64,000 nucleotides of DNA from assembly GCA_973895155.1 (NCBI GenBank), contig OZ316891.1, positions 29,189,611 through 29,253,610 of the forward strand, read 5' to 3'. Source of the DNA: Marsupella aquatica (lineage: Eukaryota > Plantae > Marchantiophyta). Position 1 is the stretch's first letter; every line of letters begins with the position of its first letter. This document shows positions 1 to 12,114 of this stretch, one piece after another. The position numbers and the translations under genes are program-made. The notes under the pieces were generated by a model. It was given only the letters and a program-made list of their open reading frames with translations, did not search any database and was not told the DNA's origin.

Positions 1-1334
1 TTGCTCCCACATAAATCTCATGGTAGTTCTCTAGAGATTTCACTCATCTAGGTTTGTTAAACATACTGCCGAATCTCGCTCAATGGTGTGACGTCCTTCC
101 GTTTCTTTGCTATGATCGGGTCCACTATTCTGTTAGCTCGTCTCTAGATAGAAGGCTGGTAAATGACTAGCCCTTGGTGGCAGCTTGGAATATAACGCAT
201 GAAAGATAATTGAGCGTAGATTTCCAAGATACGGTGTCCATGAGTACCATGAGAGGGCAAAAAGTTCAGTTTCACAGACGTGAGGACTCAAAAGAGAAGC
301 ACTGGAGATGGGTGTTTTCTTGATTTCAACATCTTTGGCTCGAAGAACCATGCCATAAATTTATTGGAAGTACCCGGCCTCGGGCCTCGTCCAAATTAGA
401 TTACCCATGAGCTCCATCAATTTGCCAGAGTGGGCATCCTTTCCTCCATCGCTTCTGAGATTTGCAATCATCCATGTTTCTCCACCGTGCTGGGAATCAC
501 TTCACATCCGCATTTACCCAACATTGTACTGTGAAGCACATTGCATTACAACAGCCAGCTTTGTCCATGTCTGTACGTGACTCACTATATCACGTCAGCC
601 AGCTTGGTCCAATGTCGATGCACGTCAATGTGGGGCAGTTCAGTGATATTGAACTGTACCGTCTTGAGAAGTCTAGTCTCCTTCGTGACTTTTGTACGTT
701 TTCTTTCCTTTCATTCAAAAGCAAATCCGCACAGACAGGTCTCTTGCTTGGAACGTAACGTCTTTCTCTTCCCCACTCCACACATAACTTCCACATTATG
801 AGGGCCCTGAAAGTCTGGCATTTGCTGGACAAGACAGTCTCTGTCTGACAATCATGACCTTGTTCTCGAGGCAATCAATGCACACTCGATGCCTTCTTTC
901 CTTTCTACCTTCCCTCTCAAGGAAAGGAGAATTGAACGCGTTGGTGCTAGTCATTGCCTCGCATCCTTTTCTTCTTGGCATGTCCACAGCTATTGGACCA
1001 CTACTGTACTGTACCGTTATGATGTAGTGCACCACGATAAAAGCTCTTGCTTTCAATTTACACGACTGGATGTCTCTCAAGCAACAAAACTGGACAGTAT
1101 GATCCCATCCATGGCTAGGAATCCTATCGGAGCAAAAGGTTTGGATGAAGATCTCATCTGAACTTACAGGTCAACGGGAATCGCGGCAGAGTGGTTTATT
1201 TCCATGGCAGCAGAGTATCACCTACCCAAGCATCTTTCTAATGGAACTGTAAACTTGCTCCATTGAGGAGAGCTTCATAGAGGCTAAAAGTGTTCAGTGC
1301 ACACGACAGCAAGATTGGGTGAGTCCAGTCTTAG

Positions 1335-1502
1335 AGCACCTCCACTGGGTAGACTATGTAGTTTACTATACTGGAGGAGTTTTTACACAGAAAAACTTCA
1401 TAGTCAATCAAATCTGGTCCCACACGAAACCTAGACTGGCATGACTAAATCATGGTGTTTTGAACTCTAGAGGGACTCTCCAAGATGCCAGAGGAGATGG
1501 TT
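1335..1502. mobile_element. Degenerate Tourist/PIF-Harbinger-like MITE
   Basis: Starts GAGCACCTCCACTGG after TTA and ends CCAGAGGAGATGGTT, a degenerate inverted copy. GAGCATCTCCA-like termini are typical of Tourist MITEs. The right TSD is not clean. Confidence 0.4.
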
Positions 1503-1530
1503 AGGATAGAACATGTCATAGGGTTTGGAG

Positions 1531-1826
1531 CAGGTTAATTTTGTAATGCTTTTTCTGTCATCTTCCATGTGAAGGAGAAAATGCTAGGAATGTTTCTTAT
1601 CTAATTTTCCTAGATTCCTTGTGACAGTCAGATTTCCAGATTTAAATATGACTGTCAGATTCTTTCCTTCAGATTTAACGATGACTATATAGCTAAGTGG
1701 GAAACTGGCTAATGAAAGAAAAAACTTAGTGAATTTCCACCAAAAGTAAAAACTCCACCAAAAGTGGCGGCAAGACTTATCAGAGAGGCAGAATCTAGCT
1801 AAGTTTTGCCACTTAAAAAAACACTG
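1531..1826 (+). mobile_element. hAT-type MITE, family A (copy 1)
   Basis: Right TIR CTTAAAAAAACACTG; left TIR degenerate (CAGGTTAATTTTGTAA). Flanks GTTTGGAG (1523-1530) and GTTTTGAG (1827-1834) form a 7/8 TSD. Internal similarity to 17053-17339. Confidence 0.65.
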
Positions 1827-3331
1827 GTTTTGAGGGTGGCCATCAGAGAACTGAACTGAGGTATATTTCATTGATGAGCAAGCATAGAGGATGATCTTTG
1901 ACATACAGCCAGCTCCAGTTGTTGACCACACTTGAGACATTTTAGAAATTATCCAGTCAGCTTTGGATTTCTTGCCTCAATCTACAGTACAAAAGGGAGA
2001 AGTTCCAAAACCTCTCCCTTTCTTCACCTTAGTCCCTGATCTTCTGAAAGGCGCCAGCACCCTCCACAATTGTAGCAAAATGTCACTAGTTCTGGTGTGT
2101 TCTGGAATTAACAGAACTTGCTGGTGACAATCGTGCTTTAAGACGAGGAGAAAAGAATGGTAATAGAATGTAAATTGCAAATGTCTTGCTTGTGTGCCAG
2201 CTGTAGAGAAATACGAAAACGAGCACCTGCATAGGAACGAATCGTAGCTAAGCGAATAGTACCAAAACTGTACACGCAGTGCCACAAGGCAGCGTGGTTA
2301 ATCTTGATGAGTTATTATGGAGGACTACTGTAGAATCCGTTAATTTGTACCTTCAGGTATTCCTATGGGTTACAATTATGGAGGGACGACTGTTGGGAAA
2401 ATCCGTCGTTCTTGACGCCTCATGATACAATACCTTGCCATGGGTAGCAAGGTGTGTATACCCGGAGGTGAACCCACTGACAGGAACCACTCCAGGGGAG
2501 TTGGGCAAAGCTGTCTGCATCCTCACCGTGGTCAATGGAACAGCTTGCCTGTATCGTCTTCAGAGGCCTGGCAATTCTGGCCTTTGCAGGTTTTCCTAGT
2601 CAGCAGTAAAGTGTTCTCTGTTCTGAGCTGCAGCAGCCAGGCTATGCAATCCAAGCAATTCGGCCGTGCTAGTTAAGTAAGACAAGCCTTGCCAAATTAT
2701 CGTACAGCGTGGTCCAGGAGGCCAAGAGTGACTTCGAATACAATGTCTCACAGTAGCAGTACATGAGAAGTACCCTCACTTCAATGCAATAATCTTTAAT
2801 TTTTCCACATGAGTCTAGATGCTAGCCATCTGAGTTGATCGATGTGATCCACCAATTCAAGAATGTGAAAAGAAGGCGTAGGAACATAGAGCTCCAGCTC
2901 CTAGAATATGGCAACACCAAAGGGCTACGGAACAATGATACTGTCAAAATTGTCTGGAAAAACTTATTCGTACTGTGCTCGCCTTGCACTCAAGCTTCCG
3001 GAGAAACAGAGGAGGCCAAAAATTGGGAATCGTATGCCCAGTTTACATGGATTGGGAAATGGCGCCATCAGGTGGGAAATCTTACCCAGGAAGGAATGTT
3101 GACCAAAAAAATGCGTGAGGCACTCCAAAACTTCCTCCTGAATGCAGTGTATTTGATCATGTAGCTAACGCTTTGACAATGTGTCGCTGCATTGAGACTG
3201 GCAGGGGTCTCGATGAGTGGCTTTAAGGAACTGGAATTTGAGAAATTGCTGGCAACATCATTACTCGTTAGTCGCACTGTGAAGTGGTTAATCAGACCAG
3301 TGTCATAACCAGTAGCCTTGATGGGCTATGA

Positions 3332-5356
3332 TCAGGCAGACTGGATCAAATCTGTAAAACTTGAGACAAACCAATCAGCCCCTGCAACCACTTTGGGACG
3401 AGCTACAACTCCCCCGTAACAAATGAAAGCATCTGCACCTCCTGGTCTTTTTGCCTGCAAACAAAAAATGCCACTTATGCGATAAATCAGCCAAGTGCTG
3501 TAATACTTTTCATTACAGTGAAGAAGCCCTGATCTTTATACATTGCATGATAATGTAAAAATCAAAACATAAATTTCCTGCCTAAAGCTTTCACAGCTGA
3601 GGTCCTGCGTCTATCCTCAAAAGAGCACGAGCTTGGGTTATTCTCTCACCTCGAGATCTGTCGCCCCGTCCCCAACCATGACCAATGTTTTGTACCCACA
3701 TTCCTAATACAACAAACAATACCGTCAGCAACTTCATATTCGTTTTTTCGCTCAGCCTAGCCCTCTTTGGGCCCCATGGAGAGAGGAATCGATAGTACAT
3801 AATCTCACGAGAAGTCCCGTCTCCGTAGCACATGTCTAATGAAAACAAATAGTGGTGTACTTCACCTGCTTCACTATTTCAATGACTTTTGCTTTGCCTC
3901 CACTTCGTGAAGTAGGCTCGTTGGCATCAAATCCTGCAAATTCTCCATCTTCTTTGAACAACAAATTGTTGGCATAGATCCTTTCTTTTGGAATTTGAAG
4001 CAACGCAGCAGCGGGCTGTAGATTACACCAATCAGTCCGCGAACAACTGGAACGACATACAACTTCTACATTTACGAGCTAGAACACAAGCAAAAACATC
4101 TAGCGAGGTAGAAAATCTAGGTGGACTCGCAAAGACAGCCCACCTCAATCATGTGCCGAAACCCTCCAGAGACAAGATAAACATCTGTTCCCCTGCTATG
4201 CAGCTTGCACACGAGATCCACAATGCCCGGACTTAGTCTGTATCAGCTACAGACAGCTAAGAACTCTGGTCAGAAAGTTGTCTGTTATACAAATCCAATG
4301 TACTACAAAATCACATGAAAGTACTTGTTACCCGCGGCATACCAAAACAAACACGAAACGATGAAACAAAAAGCCACAATCACTAAGCGAAGACAAATTT
4401 TTCACAATTTCTTCCCTAAATGGTCAGGATGACCTCACCTTGGCGGCCTGTTCGCCAAAAAACTGGCTAAAGTAGACTTTGAAGGCTTGAACAGATCCAA
4501 ACGCGAAGCAAGGGCTACCTCAAATGGTACTGCTCCCCCCATTGCCCTGTCCTACCGTCAAAGCATATTCAGAATGTGATACTCAGACGAATAATTATAA
4601 GATTTCGTCTATAGTTTGCACCAATGGAATGGTTTGTGTTAACTGTGGACTTTATGATGCATTGAACTTGAGGGCCAAATAAGTTCTCACCTTGCTGTCC
4701 ACGCAGCAACAGCCTCACCAGCTCCGCAGAAAGCAGCCAACTCGTCAATGCCTTCATCCTCGCAGACAGTGCTATCTACATCAAAGCAGACCGCATCGGC
4801 ATTCTTCCAAACCTCCAAAACATCTGGTCCATGACATGGTTCGATTAAGCTCATTTCAAAATCTACCAAACCCAGATCAGGTTTGCAAGAGCCAAATTAT
4901 GTGCCAAGCCAAGCCAGAGCCCAACCGGTTTAAGATGTACTTAAAAAAAGTAAAACAAATAGCTCATCAGTAGAAATCTCCTCCGTCGCTCTTCGAATTA
5001 ATGAAACGGCTCTGCACGGGATCCGGGATTAGAGCTCCAAAACAAATTAAAGACTCCTTCGCCCTAGAACACTACAAAGAGCAATTCGTCAATTCACCTG
5101 GCGAGGGACGCTTCAAAAACGGGTTGGAAGCGTCCACCACAGCAGAAGAGGATACGGAGGGAACATCGGCATTAGCTGCGGCACGTGGTTTCAACTCCTC
5201 TTTTCTGCACACCACCTTGCTCTCCATAGCAAATCTTCTTCCGCCTCCGAAATCCATTTGGCACGAGAAACAAAGCACAGAAACGCTCCCCCTGGACTTA
5301 CCAAACGACAACGGAAATGCTGAAGCGGAAATCACAGGCAGACGACCGGCTGCCAT
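3332..5356 (-). CDS. PSP: Phosphoserine phosphatase, plastid-targeted HAD hydrolase, 306 aa
   Basis: Exons 5098-5356, 4691-4823, 4439-4546, 4144-4237, 3866-4015, 3650-3703, 3332-3454, all GT-AG and phase-consistent (921 nt). Motifs AVCFDVDST (DxDxT), AMGGAVPF, LSPGI..VYLVSGGF, PTSRSGGK, VGDGATDLEA..PGGADAFICYGG. Ser/Arg-rich N-terminal transit peptide. Confidence 0.96.
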
Positions 5357-5586
5357 GGTGGAATTCTACAATCGACCCACCTTCGATCGAGAAATCGGAG
5401 CTCCAGCTTCGATTCCTCGCCAAAGAGAAATCTCTGTGTTTTCCTGTCTTCTCTTTGAAATCTATCTGTGTCTCTGTTTTTTCATTACAGCGTTTGTAAC
5501 CCCATGAGTCCGGTCATCAACTATGGTTGAGTCAAACCTTACTGTAGTCAAGGCTGTCCAGTTACGCTAGTCTGTGATCAGAGTTA

Positions 5587-7924
5587 CAATTAACTCTCTC
5601 TAAGTGCACGCTCTCGGGAAGAAGGATCCGGCATGCACTAAACCAGGTGTTGCATTCCTTGATAAGCACACCCCCACCCCTGAAAAATGCACTTATGGAT
5701 AAGTGCACTTGATTGAGAATCCTTTGTTGAATTTATAGCCCCTCGTTAATGAGTAGTACTGTTGTACTTTGTATCCTTGCCCTAATTCTGTGCCAACAAT
5801 CCTCAAGTGCATTCTATACTCTACTAAAAATGGGCATGCATTTATCTGTATATACAATTTCATGATTTTGTGCATTTACTGATAAGACATATAGATGCTT
5901 GTTGAGGGTAAGCACTTTTTTCCTTTTTTCCTTTTTTCTTTTTTTTTCAAAAGAAATTCATTGAGAATCAGGCAGGGGGCAAAAACCACCCAAGCCGGGA
6001 CAACAGAAAAAGGGGAGGAGGCCTACAGTTGCCGGTATTCCTATTGTTCCTGTGTTGCTCACTAGTCGGGTGAAAACTAAGATTGTCACCATCCATGCCA
6101 AGTCCTTTCCTGTGATTACTCTTTGGCTGCTAATATTGGCCTGGTAGTCACCAACCCAAGGGCAAATGCAACAAGGGACCTGGCAGTACCTACAGCAGGG
6201 CAAATACTCAAGAACGCTAATGCACTCAAGAACGCTAATGCAGCTGGTTGTGGGGTTGCCCCGGTGCACGTAGCTGCAAAAATCACTGGCAAACACACAA
6301 AGCAAATTCATCAAAATTAGTTTGAATTCATTTTTTAATTTTTTTTAATTCATACCACGAGGGACCTCCAAAGTCACCCAGGGAGCCAGGATAAAGTCCA
6401 ACTTGTCCGTGCACCATTTTAGTTGCTTTGCTTTCTTTGCAGTTCTACAAATGGTGAGCATGGCTTTTAAGGTGGTCGTTAGTTTTCCTAAGAATAACCC
6501 AGCTTGGCAGGGAACCCAAGAAATGGGAATACACTCTGGCGTTCCTTTCTTTCCATAATTCGTTGCACAGTTCTGTGATAAGCACCAGAGGACTAGAATT
6601 GTGTTTTTGCACCAGCAAAGCACTATGGATAGAGTCAAACAAAGTGTTATGCAGTCTATTCAAGGACATGAAGTGGGAGAGCAGGGTCTTGATCTTGCAC
6701 CACTGGCTCCGCACTTTGATATAGCTAAAGAAAAGGTGATCGGTGTCCTCAAACCTGATCCTGCATCGTTCGCACAGTCCAAGACAAACACCCCAGTGAC
6801 TTGCCCAGCCATTCGTGAAGAAACCGTGATGTAGAAGGCGCCTTCTACATCACCCACCCCAAATCTTCTGCCACCAATGTCTCTAGATGTTAGCAATCTC
6901 CAGTTTGCCCCACCTTCTATTGATCATGGTGTTGCCAGTTGAAATGCTCACAACCAGAGAAGTCCACTAATAGTTGGGAATTTCCATCCTTGATTGTGAG
7001 AAGCCCATTCCCACTTCTACCCTTGGCATTCATGCAGTTTAAACTTAGGGGGGGTATCTCTGAGTGTGAGCTCATCGTAGAATTCTCTATAGATGCTCAG
7101 CCCGACCGGTCTGTTACTCCTGACCATGGAAATAATCGCCTCCCTATCCCTCCAGGAGTGGTCTGGTGTGATCAGATCACTCACCATGTTGATCCTCCTA
7201 TTGGCGAGGAAGCTCCTGAGGTCCACTTGTTCCTGCCACATTTTGGACTTATCCCTTAAGAATAGAATGACTGCCTGCTCAATAGAGAGTTGTCTATGCA
7301 GAGATCCTTCACTAAAAGAAAATTTGAGACAAGGGGATTGGGTATTCCAGCTCTAAAGAAGTTGCCTGATGGTGTGCGAACCTGAGATTTTGATTTCCAG
7401 GCTCAGAAGGATAATATCGGAGCAAGTCCAAGATCGACGCTCCTTCTTCAGTGGACCAAGTCTAGCATTCTTCATGATGATTTCTTGGGCCAAGAGGGTC
7501 CACTCCCTGGTTTCGTTGTAGATGATTTCCATGACATGTCTCACTTGCAGACTTTCGGCCTGTTGTTCAAATTGAAGAAAACCTAGCCCTCCTGCAGCTT
7601 TAGGAGTGGTAATCACCGACCAAGCAATAACAGCTTCTTATTCTTACCAAGGTGATTGCTGCCCAAGAGAAAACACCTGTAGACCTTTTCCATCTCTGCA
7701 AATCCAACTGTAAAGAGACCAAGGATCATTAGGTGATAAGTAGAAATAGCCCTTAGGACATGTTTGAGCATGAAGGTAAGCACTTCTAAAGTTGTCGTTT
7801 AGTGAAATGATTTTATCCTTGTGTTTGCTTAGAAAAAACACTTCAAATGCACCTATCTCGTGTAGAAAAAAAGGAAGAATAGAATGACGCGCTCATGGAG
7901 TGTGCACTTAGAAAGAGCCGACTG
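5587..7924. mobile_element. Tc1/mariner-type (TA-flanked) MITE, ~470 bp, interrupted by an L1 insertion
   Basis: 5594-5613 CTCTCTCTAAGTGCACGCTC and 7898-7917 GAGTGTGCACTTAGAAAGAG are 18/20 inverted. The outer bases CAATTAA and CCGACTG differ only by transitions. TA lies on both sides (5585-86, 7925-26). Confidence 0.65.
5918..7770 (-). mobile_element. 5'-truncated, degenerate L1-clade LINE (C-terminal part of ORF2, 3' region, A-rich tail)
   Basis: Frameshifted ORF2 remnants: LKHVLRAISTYHLMILG..YRCFLLGSN (7771 downward), PKAAGGLGF (7353-7616), LWKERNARVY (6445-6714). A-rich tail on the - strand at ~5918-5947. TSD TGAGGGTAAGCACTT (5903-5917) / TGAAGGTAAGCACTT (7771-7785), 14/15. Confidence 0.9.
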
Positions 7925-8560
7925 TAGTGGTACCACCCACCAAAGCATGATATGGCATGTCCTTTTTAGGTATGTTTGTTGGCAGTTCCGGACTAGGTAC
8001 TGGTAGAGTTTGCTCATTTGTACTGATTTGTTATGCTGAACAAATAATCCTTGGTTTTAGTTGAACAATTTTTAGCATGGGCCCTTGTAAGCTCATTGGA
8101 TTGCAATTTAACTAATTATGTCCTTGGAGATTGGTATAATAATTTGATCAAGTGATTAAAGAGCCACTAGCCATGACAAAACCTGGATCCACAAGATTTC
8201 ACCATGAGAAGTAACTTTTTTGAAATTGTGTAGTAGATTGGCAAGGGTGGTAAGGAGTTAATATATATGGCCAATGGCAGTTTGAGGAGGGAATCATAGT
8301 CATCAGCCGTATGTGGATGCGGCAGACCAAACTGGGGTGACTGGGGGAGTTTGGTTCCAGCGTGCAAGTTTTTCCGAAACCAGATTTAATAGGGCGACTC
8401 AAACCTTGAAGTTGCGGGAAACAATGACGCCTGGAACTACCAGTTTTGGTCGCGGTCAGGAGTGTGTGGACACGCATTTTTGTGTCGGACACTTTTTTCC
8501 AGGAATTTGTCGCTGACTGCGGCCAGCAGCAGAAAAGAGAGGTTTGAGACACCCTAATCA

Positions 8561-9305
8561 TATTCAGATCAATGGTCTCATTTCTCACTCGATGTTGATC
8601 TCATCACTGGGACTGTCAATATCAGCGCTCCTCATGACGTGACCTGGGTCCAAAAGTGACCCGAGTCCCGCCCTCCGCATAGTCTTCTTCTCAGCAGCAG
8701 CAAGCAGGCTCATTGGGTGAATTCTAGTGAGCAAGTTTTTGCAGTAACCAGAGTCACCTACATTCAGATCTACGGTCTCATTTCCCCCTTGACCTAGATC
8801 TCATCTTCTCAACCGTAGTTACCAGCGCTCTTCGACCGGGGTCCAAGTTACCCGAGTCCCCCTCCTCGAGAGTCTTCAGCTCAGCAGAAGCAAACACGGG
8901 CATTGGATGAATTCTCGTGAGCAAGTCTTTCCCTAACCAGAGTTAGTGATACTCAGATCTACGGCCTCATTTCCCCCTCGACGTCAATCTCATCACCAGA
9001 ACCGTCGATATCCGATGACGCGACACCGTCCAAGTGACCCGAGTCTCCCTGCGCAGGAGGAGTCTTCTTCTCAGCAGCACTTATCGGATGAATTCTCGAG
9101 AGCTAGTCTTTCCGTAACCAGAGTTAACGATATTCAGATCTACGGTCCCCTTTTCCCCGTGACGTCGATCTCATCACCAGAACCGTCGATACCAGCGCTC
9201 GTGATGCCGCGACCCCGGTCCAATTGACCTGAGGTCCCCTCCTCACGAGACTCCTTCTCAGCAGCAGCAAAGAGTCCTCTCTAGAGCATCGGATGGATTC
9301 TCGTG
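8561..9305. repeat. Degenerate tandem repeat, 4 units of ~180-200 bp
   Basis: Unit anchor (T/C)A(T/C)TCAGATC at 8561, 8761, 8950 and 9131. Shared internal blocks ATCTCATC, GTCCAA..ACC, TCAGCAG, GGATGAATTCT and TAACCAGAGT. Confidence 0.9.
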
Positions 9306-10906
9306 GAGAGAACGAGAGATGGAGGCAAAAGCTCGAAAAGATGGACGACGAATCGACGATTGATGCGACGGAGGAGAGCCAGTGATGCGCAGGAAGAAAG
9401 GCCTCGACACCATGAATCCGCTGGACTTCAGAGCTCTTTCATTTTTGCTTTAGGTGCCGAGATTCGGACTGGATTGCTGCTTGGACTGATGCTGCTGCTG
9501 GCCGGGACGATGCCGACGAAGGAGTAGCGCACGAGGTGGAATGGATCTTTGATGCGCGGCGGAGTGCGCCCAGGATTCGGATCTCCAGGATCCGAAACTC
9601 GTGCCAAGTGGAAGATGGAGATGATTGTTTAATTGGAATTGAACAGAGCGCTTTGATGTCCGCCTGATTTGAATCGAAGAAAAGGCGGCCCCCCCGTGGG
9701 CGAGGAGAGGAGAGGGCGCAAAATGGATCGTCAATTCAAATTGTTGCGCAGAGTCTGAGAATCCTTTCTGCCAGGTTTCAGAACACAGGACTGTTTAGTT
9801 GAGTCCCTTTGCTCGGCCTATCACATTTTACGATTTGCAAAAATGGCGGTACTAGGAAAGGGGAACGATACGATGCAAAATGATATCAATGATGCGGTAC
9901 ATTACTTTAGAGCTGGCATCCGTCGACTGGTTCTTGAGGGTGGTGATGACGCCTCTTGGCTACTGATTTAGTGCCCGCGGCAGTGGGATTTATGGTTCAT
10001 CGGGACCTTTGGAGTTTTCGCAAATAGTCTCTCGCTTGCTGGGGAAGGGAGAGCTCTTACTTAGCTCGATTGGCCGCGCCGAAGTGACACTCGCAGCAGC
10101 GTCCTGTCGACAGCGTCGAATTTTCCAACGAATTTTTTTATTCAAATCCTTTATTTTGGATTTTAGAGTTCAGGGTTTAGCGTTGAGTTTCGATTCATTC
10201 TGCTTCTTTCTTTACCACTTTATCCATCTGCGTAGTGGTGTGTGCCAATTATCAACATTACTATTTACCTGAGAAGCGGGAGAATCGACTCCAGTCCCCT
10301 GTTATCTAAGGGCCGCGCGGTTTCTGCTCAACGCCCGACTAGTTCAACTTGGGAGGTGGGAGGCGAGGAGATTTTAGTGACAAAAGTCAAGAACTTCTGG
10401 TGCAAAATTTGTGAAGATGAGTTTAAAGTAGTGCGAATTGGCCCCTTTCCTGGCTCCCTCCGAGAATTCGACGTCAGCAGCAGCAGCGAGGAAGGAAGGA
10501 AAGCTTTGCTGGCTCTGTGGGCTCTTGAGGAGGTCTACATGTCCTTGTGATCGCGCTAGAACCGGACGGACATTGGCAGCAGAAATGAATGAACGAATGT
10601 TTTCTTTTTAAGGCCTAGCCTCTTCTGGCAATAACCTTGGGGTATTTTTACCTACCAGCCTCTTGCTTCGACTTCTACTGTCAACTATCTTCTGGGAGCA
10701 CCTTAGAGTATTTCACCTCCCATGCTGTTAGTTTAAATTGTGTACTTCGATTCCCGTTGCCAGCAGATATCATTATTCTTTCTGCAAGAGGTAGAGACTG
10801 AAGTGCGTTCACTTTAGACCCACGAGGCTGGACATAGACGGGAACCATCCTCCTCGGGACACTTGAGTTCTAAGTGCCATCATCAGCAGCAGTGGCAGGA
10901 GCAGCA

Positions 10907-12112
10907 ATGGGCGACTCTAATTCCAAGCATTTCTCAGTTTCCCGGTACGTCCTTTCTCTCTTTTCGGTGCTGTGCACGTCATTTCGCCGCCTGATGCTCA
11001 GAGTACTCGCGGTGGGTCCAATTCCGAGCCACATTGCAATCATCATGGACGGGAACAGACGATACGCCGATCGGTCTGGTATGGAGCGAAGTAGGGGTCA
11101 CCTTTTAGGGTACGATCGACTGATCAACACTCTGGAGAACTGCATAGAGCTGGGCGTGAAGTACGTCTCCGTCTACGCATTCAGCATTGACAATTTCGGT
11201 CGTCCTAGGGAGGAAGTGGACTCGTTGATGAGGCTGCTGGAGGAGAAATTGGATTCACTGGTGCAGGACGATTCTGTAGTGAATGAATATGGGGTCAAGG
11301 TTCAGGTTTTGGGTGACCTGGAGCTGCTGCCAGTGAATGTGAGGGCCGCAGCTGAGCGAGCAATGGCCACTACAAAGGAGTATGGGTCATTCGTGCTGAA
11401 TCTCTGCGTGTCGTACACCTCCACAGCGGAGATTGTGCACTCAATTCAAGAGGTGCGAAAAGGTGTGTTGATGAGGACAGCTCCAGATAGAGCAGGAGCT
11501 TGTGCTCCGTTATCTGTCAATGGTCAACCGTATTCGGCTATTGCAGGACGTAGGAGGACAGCTCCTAATGGAATTAAGCATGAGCATGAGGGGCCCATCA
11601 TCAGAAACCATCCTCTGGAGAATATTAACGGTTATGCCCACGGGAACGGCAATTCTTCTGATCATGAAATTTGGAGCAAACGAGACGCTGATGGAGCTTT
11701 GCTTCCTGCACTTGATAGCATTTGCAGTGGATTGGAGCCGGTATGTGCCTGCGCAGATGAATTGCCATCCTGCAGAGCAAGGGGAAATGAAGAGTCTGCA
11801 GTTTTAGACGATAAATTGTACCCATGGGCTTTGTCAGATTCAATTAGTGTGAAGGAGATCGAGAGCCACCTGTACACGGCAGGCTGTCCTCCCCCCGATC
11901 TCCTTATTAGAACCTCTGGAGAGACTCGGCTTAGCAATTTCATGCTTTGGCAATGCTGCTCATACTCCCGTCTGGCGTTCTGTAAAGTCTTATGGCCGGA
12001 TTTCAGTCTCAGGCATTTGGCGTGGATTATATTAGACTATCAACGAGAATTTCCTGCTCTGCAGGAGCAACGAAGGTTGCAAGAACAATTGCTCGATGGT
12101 ATTGATTTGTGA
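10907..12112 (+). CDS. CPT: cis-prenyltransferase (dehydrodolichyl diphosphate synthase, DHDDS/Rer2-type), 401 aa, intronless CDS
   Basis: Conserved regions PSHIAIIMDGNRRYA, GHLLG, VYAFSIDNFGRPREEV..LM, LNLCVSYTS..EI, PDLLIRTSGETRLSNFMLWQ and LWPDFS. First ATG is at 10907 (the ORF track start at 10874 is GTG). No C-terminal RxG motif, consistent with the heteromeric (NgBR/LEW1-dependent) type. Confidence 0.93.
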   Translation: MGDSNSKHFSVSRYVLSLFSVLCTSFRRLMLRVLAVGPIPSHIAIIMDGNRRYADRSGMERSRGHLLGYDRLINTLENCIELGVKYVSVYAFSIDNFGRPREEVDSLMRLLEEKLDSLVQDDSVVNEYGVKVQVLGDLELLPVNVRAAAERAMATTKEYGSFVLNLCVSYTSTAEIVHSIQEVRKGVLMRTAPDRAGACAPLSVNGQPYSAIAGRRRTAPNGIKHEHEGPIIRNHPLENINGYAHGNGNSSDHEIWSKRDADGALLPALDSICSGLEPVCACADELPSCRARGNEESAVLDDKLYPWALSDSISVKEIESHLYTAGCPPPDLLIRTSGETRLSNFMLWQCCSYSRLAFCKVLWPDFSLRHLAWIILDYQREFPALQEQRRLQEQLLDGIDL

Positions 12113-12114
12113 CC

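Noticed and set aside
1-3300. Short ORFs at the left end of the window
   Set aside because: No recognisable domains or consistent exon chain; probably the PSP 3' region and intergenic or intronic DNA.
5001-5507. 168-aa + strand ORF
   Set aside because: It is the antisense shadow of PSP exon 1.
8561-9200. C/D snoRNA cluster (TGATGA...CTGA on the - strand of the repeat units)
   Set aside because: The boxes are only ~45 nt apart, the C box is degenerate in one unit, there is no terminal stem, and no rRNA guide was recognised.
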